From positions 8,851 to 72,850 of the forward strand of contig JBDRCN010000001.1 in NCBI GenBank assembly GCA_043821705.1: DNA of 64,000 nucleotides. Direction: 5' to 3'. Position 1 is the first letter of the stretch. Each line of letters starts with the position of its first letter. Of this stretch, positions 8,732 to 16,903 are shown piece after piece. Source of the DNA: Candidatus Omnitrophota bacterium. Its GTDB lineage: Bacteria > Omnitrophota > Gorgyraeia > Gorgyraeales > Gorgyraeaceae. The position numbers and the translations under genes were made by a program. The notes under the pieces were generated by a model, which had not been told where the DNA came from, did not search any database, and saw only the letters and a program-made list of their open reading frames with translations.

Positions 8732-9259
8732 TTAATCAGCTGCTTTGGCTGAACCTCGTGTCATAAAATATGCTATTATGTTCCTTCCATCCCTGGTAGG
8801 GCCTTTTTCTATCTCACCTACATCTGATAGGTCAGCTACTATCCTGTCCATTATCTTTTTACCTAGATCTATATGGGACATCTGTCTTCCCCTGAATGTC
8901 ATTGTGACCTTCGCCTTGTCCCCTCTTCCTAAAAACCTCTTAAGGTGGTGTAGTTTCACCTGATAGTCATGCTCTTCGATGTTGGGTTTTAATTTTATCT
9001 CTTTTAGATGTATTATCTTTTGATGTTTTTTAGCTTCTTTAGCTTTTTTCTCCTGCTCGTATTTATATTTACTATAATCCATGATCCTGCAGACTGGAGG
9101 AGATGAAGCACCAGAAACCTCTACAAGGTCCAACCCTACATCCTGTGCCTTCTGTATCGCATCTTGAGTAGCTACTATCCCCATCTGTTCACCATCTGGC
9201 CCTATGAGCCTGACTTCTTTGATCCTGATCCTTTGATTGATCCTTAATTCACGTGAAAT
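8732..9259 (-). CDS. infC: Translation initiation factor IF-3 (probable ATT start)
   Basis: RINQRI, PPVCRIMDY, KEIKL; AGGAGGT SD is spaced for ATT at 9259, the established autoregulatory start. Confidence 0.95.
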   Translation of the reverse strand: MSRELRINQRIRIKEVRLIGPDGEQMGIVATQDAIQKAQDVGLDLVEVSGASSPPVCRIMDYSKYKYEQEKKAKEAKKHQKIIHLKEIKLKPNIEEHDYQVKLHHLKRFLGRGDKAKVTMTFRGRQMSHIDLGKKIMDRIVADLSDVGEIEKGPTRDGRNIIAYFMTRGSAKAAD

Positions 9260-9276
9260 AACTACCACCTCCTGTT

Positions 9277-9313
9277 TTCGTGATTCGTAATCCGTGATTC
9301 GTGATTCGTAATC
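9277..9313. repeat. Short heptamer tandem repeat (tcgtgat/tcgtaat x5)
   Basis: Read directly between thrS and infC. Confidence 0.8.
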
Positions 9314-9322
9314 AACGTTGGG

Positions 9323-11038
9323 TCATATTTTCTTTTCCTTAATCTCCTTTTCTATCCTAGTTAAAAATTCCTCTAGTTTTATTGTACCGGCGTTCCCGCC
9401 TTTTCTAGTCCTTAAAGAAATGGTCTTGTTCTCTTGTTCCTTGTCCCCGACGATAACTGCGTAAGGGATCTTTTGTAGTTCTATCTCTCTGATCTTATAC
9501 TGGAGTTTTTCATTCCTTTTATCAATAGTGGCGCGTATGTCTTTTGCCTGAAGCACGTTCAATATCTCATCAGCATAATCATGGGACCTGTCAGTTATAG
9601 GGATCACACTTACTTGCACTGGGCTTAGCCATACTGGAAAAGCGCCTGCGTAATGTTCTATCAGCGTACCCATAAAGCGTTCCATGCTTCCTAAAACTAC
9701 CCTATGGAGCATAACTGGTCTTTCTTTTTTGCCTTCCTTTGTCACGTAATGGAGATTAAACCTCTCGGGAAGGGCAAAGTCACACTGCACAGTCGCGCAC
9801 TGCCAAGGCCTGCCTAAAGCATCCTTGACCATGATATCTATCTTAGGCCCATAAAAAGCACCTTCACCTTTGTTCACTTCATATTGCATGCCTTTATCAT
9901 CAAGTGATTTCTTAAGCGCATCTGTAGCCCTGTCCCACATCTTCAGGTCCCCGATATATTTCGGAGGCCTTGTAGAAAGATCTATTTTATAATCTGTAAA
10001 ACCAAACACTTTCATGACATCCATTACAAAGTCTATTACTTTTTTTATCTCACTCTCTGCCTGTTCAGGGAGACAAAATATATGAGCATCATCCTGAGTA
10101 AAGCCCCTTACTCTTAAAAGCCCATGGAGAACACCTGACTTTTCTCTTCTGTGCACATTCCCTAATTCAAAATATCTTATCGGCAAATCTCTATAGCTTC
10201 TTATATCTGACTTATAGATAATCATATGAGCTGGGCAATTCATTGGTTTTATAGCATACTCTTCGCCTTCGACTTTAAAGATATACATATTTTCTTTATA
10301 GTATTCATAGTGGCCTGAGGTCACCCAGATATCTGATTTTAATATATGAGGGCCTTGGACTAGCTGATACCCTCTTTTCAAATGTTCTTTTTTCACATAA
10401 TCTTCTATGAGCATCCTTAGAAGAGCCCCTTTTGGATGGTAAAACACAAGGCCTGCGCCTACTTCTTCATGGATACTAAAAAGATCTAATTCTTTCCCTA
10501 GTTTTCTATGATCTCTTTTCTTTGCTTCTTCTCTTAAATTTAAGAATTTTTCCAGGGCTTCTTTGTCTTTAAAGCAAGTCCCATATATTCTCTGAAGCAT
10601 TGGATTTGTCTCGATCCCATGCCAGTAAGCTCCTGCAATGTTTAAAAGCTTAAATGCCTTTACTTCACTTGTCCTAGATACATGAGGGCCTTTACATAAG
10701 TCGACAAATTTTCCATGTTTATAAATAGATACCTTATCCCCTTCAATCTTTTCTATAAGTTCTTTTTTATATGGTTCGCTTTTAAATATGTTTAGAGCCT
10801 CTTTCTTGGGGATCTCTTCATGTACAAACTCAATGTCAGATCTTATAATGCTCTTCATCTCTTTTTCGATCCTTGCCAGGTCTTCTGGCTTAAATCCATC
10901 AGCAAGGTCAAAATCATAATAGAACCCGTCTTCAATAGATGGACCAATAGCGAATTTAGCTTTTGGAAAAAGCCTCTTCACTGCATCTGCCATTATATGC
11001 GAACAACTGTGTCTTAAAGCGTGTAAATCTTCTTGCAT
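9323..11038 (-). CDS. thrS: Threonine--tRNA ligase (lacks N-terminal TGS domain)
   Basis: RHSCSHIMA, DLCKGPH, RDHRKLG, KPMNCP, GAFYGPKID. Confidence 0.97.
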   Translation of the reverse strand: MQEDLHALRHSCSHIMADAVKRLFPKAKFAIGPSIEDGFYYDFDLADGFKPEDLARIEKEMKSIIRSDIEFVHEEIPKKEALNIFKSEPYKKELIEKIEGDKVSIYKHGKFVDLCKGPHVSRTSEVKAFKLLNIAGAYWHGIETNPMLQRIYGTCFKDKEALEKFLNLREEAKKRDHRKLGKELDLFSIHEEVGAGLVFYHPKGALLRMLIEDYVKKEHLKRGYQLVQGPHILKSDIWVTSGHYEYYKENMYIFKVEGEEYAIKPMNCPAHMIIYKSDIRSYRDLPIRYFELGNVHRREKSGVLHGLLRVRGFTQDDAHIFCLPEQAESEIKKVIDFVMDVMKVFGFTDYKIDLSTRPPKYIGDLKMWDRATDALKKSLDDKGMQYEVNKGEGAFYGPKIDIMVKDALGRPWQCATVQCDFALPERFNLHYVTKEGKKERPVMLHRVVLGSMERFMGTLIEHYAGAFPVWLSPVQVSVIPITDRSHDYADEILNVLQAKDIRATIDKRNEKLQYKIREIELQKIPYAVIVGDKEQENKTISLRTRKGGNAGTIKLEEFLTRIEKEIKEKKI

Positions 11039-11070
11039 ATACCTTTCTCTTCTTCTATTCTAACCATGTG

Positions 11071-11124
11071 GCCTGCCATCCGAAGCCAGACTTTCAAATC
11101 GCCTTTCGTAAAGGCGTAGGATGG
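11071..11124 (-). repeat. Family E hairpin anchored on the tRNA-Val CCA
   Basis: ccatcc-tacgcc...ggcttc-ggatgg; homologues at 36345-36395 and 45660-45713. Confidence 0.8.
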
Positions 11125-11198
11125 TGGGCTCAAGAGGACTCGAACCTCTGACCTCTTCCATGTCAAGGAAGCGCGCTATCCAACTGCGCCATGAGCCC
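11122..11198 (-). tRNA. tRNA-Val(GAC)
   Basis: Cloverleaf; anticodon arm cttcc-tt GAC at-ggaag; GGTTCGA; encoded CCA. Confidence 0.96.
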
Positions 11199-11206
11199 AT
11201 CAAATT

Positions 11207-11309
11207 TGTTCTACTTCGCTCTTCGACCTACTAATCGATGGTAGAGCTTCGTAGGAATCATTCTTCGAAGCCCCACCGGAATATTTTATACTCAAAGGGC
11301 GTAGAAGAA
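11207..11309 (-). repeat. Family D element directly after the tRNA-Leu CCA
   Basis: About 100-bp homologue of 36534-36636. Confidence 0.88.
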
Positions 11310-11397
11310 TGGTGCCGGGGGTGGGACTCGAACCCACAAGACCTTTTGGGCCACAGGATTTTAAGTCCTGCGTGTTTGCCAATTTCACCACCCCGGC
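11310..11397 (-). tRNA. tRNA-Leu(TAA)
   Basis: Long variable arm; cagga-ct TAA aa-tcctg; CCA. Confidence 0.96.
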
Positions 11398-11401
11398 ATT
11401 C

Positions 11402-11475
11402 AGTTATTAGATTTTAGTTATTAGTTGTTAGAAAAACATGCAATTCTAAAAACTAAAAACTGACAACTAAAAACT
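11402..11475. repeat. Inverted heptamer array (ttagttg/ctaaaaa type), family G copy 1
   Basis: 32-bp stretch 11444-11475 identical to 41400-41431. Confidence 0.85.
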
Positions 11476-11479
11476 AGTT

Positions 11480-11554
11480 TGGAGGCGACGATCGGAATCG
11501 AACCGATGAATAAGAGTTTTGCAGACTCCTGCCTTCCCCCTTGGCTACGCCGCC
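11480..11554 (-). tRNA. tRNA-Cys(GCA)
   Basis: ggagt-ct GCA aa-actct anticodon arm; TCCA end. Confidence 0.96.
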
Positions 11555-11573
11555 GATAAAAAAACGTGCAGTA

Positions 11574-12224
11574 TCAGGCTACACGTAACTTACTTTCATA
11601 CCATAGCTTCTGTATCTTGTCAAGCAAAACGAGCGCAATATGAGGCTTACTTTTCTTAAAAACCCTCTCTATAGCGCCTTTTTTATCAATGATCAAAACA
11701 TCTAACTTATTATCACCAAATATGTTACGTTCTTTTCTAGCCTGATTTGCCACGATCAAGTCTAATCTTTTGTCTTTTAGCTTTTTTATAGACCTGTTTT
11801 TTAGATCCTCTGTCTCAAGGCTGAACCCTACGAATATCTTCTTAGCCTTATTTTTTGACAGTTCTTTTAGCAGATCTTTGTTCGGTATAAGCTCCAGGAT
11901 CAATTTATTTTTTCTTTTTATCTTTTTCTTACATATTTTCTTTACTTTAAAATCACCTACAGCTGCGCACATTATAAGGCAATCTGAATTTTTTAAGCTT
12001 TTTTTTGTTTCTCTCAACAATTCATCCGCGGTCTCTATTTTTATAAATCTCGCGACTTTCGGTTGTTTCAGTTTAGTAGGCCCGCTGATAAGAGTGACTT
12101 TATGCCCTTTCCTAGAAGCTCCCTCAGCAATACTATAACCCATGTAACCAGTAGATCTATTTGTAATAAACCTGACTGGGTCTATTCTTTCTATTGTTGG
12201 ACCAGCTGTAACTATTATCTTAAT
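11574..12224 (-). CDS. coaB: Phosphopantothenate--cysteine ligase (CoaB domain); start uncertain
   Basis: IIVTAGPTIERIDPVRFITNRSTGYMG lies upstream of and in frame with the ORF-track start; VGFSLETE. Confidence 0.85.
   Translation of the reverse strand: MKIIVTAGPTIERIDPVRFITNRSTGYMGYSIAEGASRKGHKVTLISGPTKLKQPKVARFIKIETADELLRETKKSLKNSDCLIMCAAVGDFKVKKICKKKIKRKNKLILELIPNKDLLKELSKNKAKKIFVGFSLETEDLKNRSIKKLKDKRLDLIVANQARKERNIFGDNKLDVLIIDKKGAIERVFKKSKPHIALVLLDKIQKLWYESKLRVA
11595..11623 (-). promoter_or_regulatory. Probable promoter of the tRNA Cys-Leu-Val/thrS unit, inside the coaB 3' end
   Basis: TTGACA-17 nt-TATGAA with upstream TG. Confidence 0.55.
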
Positions 12225-12760
12225 AACCTGTTTACCTCTTTAACTACTATTTCTACGTCCTGTATATGGCCCAATCCTTCATCCCCGCAAGCTAATTTAC
12301 CTTTTATAGGACCGCTGAAGAAATAACCGAGCTTCTTAAGCTTAGCTATGTTCTCCTGCACGATCTTGTTTTTATACATGCCCTTATTCATAGCTGGGAC
12401 GAACAATACAGGAGCTTCACTAGCGCATATAGTACAAGTAAGCATATCATCACATATGCCTGCTGCGACCTTAGCGATAATATTAGCTGTTGCAGGCATT
12501 ACCACGACAAGATCTGCTTTTTTAGCAAGTGATACATGCTCTATATCCCATTTATCAGGCGTATCAAACATGTTATATGTCACTACCTTATTGCCTGATA
12601 AACCTTGGAACAATAATGGCCTTATAAATTCTTCTGTTTCTTTTGTAAGAACAATGTGTACTGATATATTCTTTTTACATAAAGACCTGACCAGCTCAGC
12701 TGATCTATAACAAGCTATGCTCCCTGTCACGCCTATCAGTACATTTTTTTTATTCATCAC
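12215..12760 (-). CDS. coaC: Phosphopantothenoylcysteine decarboxylase (CoaC domain)
   Basis: GVTGSIACY, HVSLA, PATANIIAK, PAMN, LACGDEG. Confidence 0.92.
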   Translation of the reverse strand: MMNKKNVLIGVTGSIACYRSAELVRSLCKKNISVHIVLTKETEEFIRPLLFQGLSGNKVVTYNMFDTPDKWDIEHVSLAKKADLVVVMPATANIIAKVAAGICDDMLTCTICASEAPVLFVPAMNKGMYKNKIVQENIAKLKKLGYFFSGPIKGKLACGDEGLGHIQDVEIVVKEVNRLLR

Positions 12761-12967
12761 CTATTTCTCTTCTAGTTTGATTATCTTATAACTTACTTTC
12801 CCTTGGGCTATCTCTTCTAGTGCGATCGTTGAGAATTTCTTGGAATTTGTCACTATCAGTTTCTGAGCACCATTGCTAAGCTCTACTGCCCTCTTTGCAG
12901 CTAAGAGTGTCAACTTAAAGACACTGGTCCCGTTCGGTAAAACTTGTTCCCTTGGAATATACGACAT
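12761..12967 (-). CDS. rpoZ: RNA polymerase omega subunit
   Basis: FKLTLLAAKRAVEL, IALEEIAQG; gmk-rpoZ-coaBC order. Confidence 0.9.
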   Translation of the reverse strand: MSYIPREQVLPNGTSVFKLTLLAAKRAVELSNGAQKLIVTNSKKFSTIALEEIAQGKVSYKIIKLEEK

Positions 12968-13570
12968 TCACTTCCTCCTTATTCTACAGCGTTCTGCAAC
13001 TATAATAGCCCTAAGTTCATCCAGGGCTGATTTTAAAACATTATTGACGACCACATAATCATATTTTGGAAGGTCCTTTAATTCTTTCTTCGCGACTCTA
13101 AGCCTTTTTGCTATCTCTGTTTTGGTATCTGTCGATCTATTAAAAAGCCTTTCTTTTAGCATGGCCATAGACGGTGGCAGGATAAATATATACACTGCCT
13201 GAAGTTTTTTCATGCGCTTTATCTTCATGGCTCCCTGCACATCAATGCTCACAATCACGTCCTGGCCTTTTGATATAAGATGTGTCACGTATTTTTTTGG
13301 GGTGCCATAATATTCATCAAACACCTTTGCCCATTCTAAGAATTCATTCCTATTCTTTCTTTTTAGGAATTCGTCTTTTTCTATGAAAATATAATCCATC
13401 CCGTCGCGTTCTCCTGCTCTAGGAGACCTTGTGGTCATTGATATGGAACGGCCAACGCTGTCTAGAGACTCCACTAACCTGCTGCATAGAGTGGTCTTGC
13501 CTGAACCTGACGGAGCTGAGATCACAAAAAGTATGCCTTTTCTCTTCTTATCTAATGTCCTACTCAACAT
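12968..13570 (-). CDS. gmk: Guanylate kinase
   Basis: SAPSGSGKTT, TTRSPR, YYGT, IDVQGA. Confidence 0.96.
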   Translation of the reverse strand: MLSRTLDKKRKGILFVISAPSGSGKTTLCSRLVESLDSVGRSISMTTRSPRAGERDGMDYIFIEKDEFLKRKNRNEFLEWAKVFDEYYGTPKKYVTHLISKGQDVIVSIDVQGAMKIKRMKKLQAVYIFILPPSMAMLKERLFNRSTDTKTEIAKRLRVAKKELKDLPKYDYVVVNNVLKSALDELRAIIVAERCRIRRK

Positions 13571-14444
13571 TCTGCACCTGCTCCCTTATTTTTTCTATCT
13601 CGCTCTTTATGTCCACGACTAGATCAGATATCTTGGTATATCCTACTTTAGAGCCAAGTGTGTTTATCTCTCTCTGGAGTTCCTGCAAGATAAATTCCAG
13701 CTTTCTTCCAACCTCTTGGTTTGAAAAAAAAGTATTTTTTAAAGAAGCTAAATGGCTCTTTGCCCTCACTATCTCCTCAGAGACATCACTCTGTCTTGCA
13801 AATAAAGCGATCTCCGTCTCAAGACGAGCCCTGTCTACTGGGATATTCTTGCCTTTTAAGAGATCATTTATCCTGGAGTCTAATTTACGTTTGTATCTAG
13901 ATATTGTAGCTGGTATATATCTAGAGATCGCATTTACATTTCTGGATATTTTTTCTACTCTATTTTCCATATCTCTATATATCGCTTTGCCCTCTTTCTC
14001 CCTCATCTTATTGCATCCGATAAGCGCTATGTCTATCGCCTGTTCTATGATAGGCCACGTCGTAGATATATTATAATCTTTCTGCTCCTGTATTATTACG
14101 TCCGGGAAAGAAAGTAGGTGCGATAAAGAGATATTTTCTCTCAGGTTGAGTTTATTCTTAAGTTTTGAGAGCATATTATAGTATGACCTTACCTTTTCCT
14201 CGTCGAGCTTTGTATAATCAAGGTTCTTCCCGTTCTTCTTGTGAGAGATGGAAAAATTCACTTTTCCTCTTTTTATACGCTTATGTAGATAGATCTTTAT
14301 CTTGTCTTCTAGCTGGCTCAGGCTGTTCGGTATCCTGGAAGACAGGTCAAAATATCTATGGTTCACTGTCCTTATCTCTACCGTAAACCTGCCTATTTTA
14401 CTTAAGGCCTCTCCTTTGCCAAAACCAGTCATGCTTTTTATCAT
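13560..14444 (-). CDS. yicC: YicC/YloC family endoribonuclease
   Basis: MIKSMTGFG, VNHRY, GRKLEFILQE, NTLGSK, IREQVQNVE. Confidence 0.95.
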   Translation of the reverse strand: MIKSMTGFGKGEALSKIGRFTVEIRTVNHRYFDLSSRIPNSLSQLEDKIKIYLHKRIKRGKVNFSISHKKNGKNLDYTKLDEEKVRSYYNMLSKLKNKLNLRENISLSHLLSFPDVIIQEQKDYNISTTWPIIEQAIDIALIGCNKMREKEGKAIYRDMENRVEKISRNVNAISRYIPATISRYKRKLDSRINDLLKGKNIPVDRARLETEIALFARQSDVSEEIVRAKSHLASLKNTFFSNQEVGRKLEFILQELQREINTLGSKVGYTKISDLVVDIKSEIEKIREQVQNVE

Positions 14445-14450
14445 AAGTCC

Positions 14451-14954
14451 CTACGCCCAAACATGTTTTTTAATATTATTGAATTCTTGTATCTTTGTGG
14501 GATATAGATTTACTATTATATCATCTGGTTCAAACCACAGTTTTATTTCCCTTTCAGCATCTTCTTTATTAGCTGAAGCATGCAGCACATTCTCGTACAC
14601 GCCCCTGGTAGTGATCCTCCCGAACGAACCCCTTATGCTAGTAGAATCTGCTTCTTCTGGGTTTGTTGAGCCTGCAAGCGCTTTAACCTTACTGATCGCA
14701 TCAACCCCCCAATATACCATAGCCATGACTTTTCTGCGGTCATGATACTCACCTTGTATATATTGGACAAGTTCACTAAAGAAAGGTTTATCCTTCAAAT
14801 GCCTATAATGTTCTTCAGCAAGCTCCTTATTTACCCTAACCATTTTAGCTGCCACTATTTCCAGCTTTGTCTCTGAAAGCCTGGTTAATATATTGCCAGT
14901 TAAAGATTTTTTAAGGCCATCTGGCTTTACTAAGACAAGGGTTTGTTGTTCCAT
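14451..14954 (-). CDS. ndk: Nucleoside diphosphate kinase
   Basis: TLVLVKPDG, GSTNP, SIRG, NVLHAS. Confidence 0.94.
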   Translation of the reverse strand: MEQQTLVLVKPDGLKKSLTGNILTRLSETKLEIVAAKMVRVNKELAEEHYRHLKDKPFFSELVQYIQGEYHDRRKVMAMVYWGVDAISKVKALAGSTNPEEADSTSIRGSFGRITTRGVYENVLHASANKEDAEREIKLWFEPDDIIVNLYPTKIQEFNNIKKHVWA

Positions 14955-14978
14955 AGTTCTTTCCTCCAGAAATTTGTT

Positions 14979-15845
14979 CTATCTATTTGATTTTAAAAGA
15001 GTTATAATCTTTTCCAGATCATTATCCGAGTAAAATTCTATCTCTATCTTCCCACCTTTTTTTGATCTTATGATCTTTACTTTTGTGCCTAATGCATTTC
15101 TAAGCTCTTCTTCAAGAGAAGTCAAGTTTGGATCTTTTTCTTTGATAGTCTTCTTTTGTCCAGTTGATATATTTTTTGCGTATCTCTCTGTGTCTCTTAC
15201 AGATAGGTCATTTTTTACTAATTTTGTAAAAAGCCTCATCTGCTCTTGCGGATCTTGCAATCCAAGAATAGCTTTTGCATGCCCCATTGAAATTGTTCCA
15301 CGTGAAACATTTTCCTGTATCTTCTGAGGAAGCTTAAGAAGCCTCACGATATTAGCTACAGTAGCTCTATCCTTGCCAATAGTGTCAGCTATCTTTTCCT
15401 GTGTAAGGTTAAACTCATCTATAAGGCGTTTATAAGCTTTTGCCTGGTCAATAGGATTAAGGTTCTCACGTTGGACATTCTCGATAATAGCTAACTCAAA
15501 AGAATCCAGGTCCGATACATCCTTGATAATAGCTGGGATATGTGTTAGATTAAGTGATTTCGCAGCTCTATACCTTCTCTCGCCTGCTATTAACTCATAT
15601 TCACTGCCTTTTGCCCTTACAAGAACAGGCTGTATGACTCCTTTTTCGCGTATTGAAGCAGCTAGGTCTTCAAGCGATTGCTTGTCAAAGCCTTCTCTAG
15701 GCTGATATTTGTTAGCATTGATCTTGTCGATCGGTATATTAGCTATGCCTTGTATGATGCTTGAATCTAGTATCTTTGATTGACTTTGGGATGCTTTATC
15801 TGGTATTAAAGCTCCTAAACCTCTTCCGAGAACTCTTTTTTCCAT
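14979..15845 (-). CDS. parB: Chromosome partitioning protein ParB
   Basis: LGRGLGALI, YQPR, IAGERRYRA, IENVQRENL, HTH. Confidence 0.96.
   Translation of the reverse strand: MEKRVLGRGLGALIPDKASQSQSKILDSSIIQGIANIPIDKINANKYQPREGFDKQSLEDLAASIREKGVIQPVLVRAKGSEYELIAGERRYRAAKSLNLTHIPAIIKDVSDLDSFELAIIENVQRENLNPIDQAKAYKRLIDEFNLTQEKIADTIGKDRATVANIVRLLKLPQKIQENVSRGTISMGHAKAILGLQDPQEQMRLFTKLVKNDLSVRDTERYAKNISTGQKKTIKEKDPNLTSLEEELRNALGTKVKIIRSKKGGKIEIEFYSDNDLEKIITLLKSNR
15294..15309. promoter_or_regulatory. parS site inside parB
   Basis: TGTTCCACGTGAAACA, exact match to the TGTTNCACGTGAAACA consensus. Confidence 0.9.
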
Positions 15846-16663
15846 TCTTGTTCTCCTCCTTCAGTTATGGGCTCTGTAGTTTCTGTAGTTATGTTAGATC
15901 CTGATCGTTCCCCTAAAACTTCCTTAGCAAGGCTTTCATATGTCTTCGCCCCACTAGAATTCTTATCGTATAAGTGTATTGGCCTGCCAAACCCAGGTGC
16001 TTCGCTTAATCTTATGCTACGTGGTATAGTAGTAACAAAAACCTTTTCTTTAAAATAATCCCTAGCTTCTTTAATTACCTCTGCTGTCAGATTAGTCCTA
16101 AAATCTGCCATAGTGAGAAGCACTCCTTCTACTTCCAGTTCTGGGTTAAGATTCTCTCTTGCTATATTAATTGTATTGAGCAATTGGCTAAGTCCTTCAA
16201 GTGCATAATATTCACATTGTATTGGGATTAAAACAGAATTACATGCAGCTAGAGCATTGATCGTCAATAATCCTAGTGATGGTGGAGAATCAATAATAAT
16301 AAAATCAAACTCATCCTCAAGGCCTTTAAGAGCATTCTTCAAACGATATTCTCTATTCATCAAACTGATAAGTTCGATCTCAGCGCCTGTTAAATTAATA
16401 TTAGAAGGTGCTAATTTTAGATACTCACTATGCACTTCAAGTATTATATCTTTAATGTTCACATTATTAATCAATACATCATATATGTTTTCAGATATAT
16501 CTGCTTTATTAATGCCAAGACCGCTAGTAGCATTCCCTTGAGGGTCAAAATCTATCAACAGGACCTTTTTCTGATTAAGCGCTAGATAAAAGCTTAGATT
16601 GATCGCAGTAGTTGTTTTTCCTACTCCGCCCTTTTGATTACATATAGCTATAATTTTGCCCAT
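15815..16663 (-). CDS. parA: Chromosome partitioning ATPase ParA/Soj
   Basis: NQKGGVGKTT, DFDPQGNAT, DSPPSLG, QCEYYALEG. Confidence 0.96.
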   Translation of the reverse strand: MGKIIAICNQKGGVGKTTTAINLSFYLALNQKKVLLIDFDPQGNATSGLGINKADISENIYDVLINNVNIKDIILEVHSEYLKLAPSNINLTGAEIELISLMNREYRLKNALKGLEDEFDFIIIDSPPSLGLLTINALAACNSVLIPIQCEYYALEGLSQLLNTINIARENLNPELEVEGVLLTMADFRTNLTAEVIKEARDYFKEKVFVTTIPRSIRLSEAPGFGRPIHLYDKNSSGAKTYESLAKEVLGERSGSNITTETTEPITEGGEQEWKKEFSEEV

Positions 16664-16690
16664 AAAAACCGTATCAAAACCGTATCAAAA

Positions 16691-16903
16691 TTAATGTAAC
16701 TTCTTTTTAACATTAACCTTAGCAAGTTTCGCCCCATGCATGCTAAAAAGGCCTTTATTTTCTTCCCTAAGCACCCTTATGTCAACTTGCGACTTCTCTG
16801 CCTTAAGCTCAGTCAATGCTATTCTTATAGCTTCCTGAGCTGTGCTTGCTTCTACTTCAAGCTCTAAGTCTTCTTTTATAATACTTACTTTATTCCTATT
16901 CAT
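16691..16903 (-). CDS. Jag_N-only protein (N-terminal domain of Jag/KhpB/EloR), 70 aa
   Basis: TAQEAIRIALTEL...IRVLREENKGLF...AKVNV; ATGA overlap with yidC. Confidence 0.78.
   Translation of the reverse strand: MNRNKVSIIKEDLELEVEASTAQEAIRIALTELKAEKSQVDIRVLREENKGLFSMHGAKLAKVNVKKKLH

Noticed and set aside
9245-9260. parS-like taattcacgtgaaata at the infC start
   Set aside because: Three mismatches to the consensus; explained by coding sequence.
11200-11391. ORFs sharing ILLRPLSIKYSGGASKNDSYEA (also 36482-36691)
   Set aside because: Shadow translations of family D overlapping tRNA sequence.
11402-11475. CRISPR array
   Set aside because: The repeats are 7-mers or dispersed; no regular repeat-spacer units or cas genes seen in the window.
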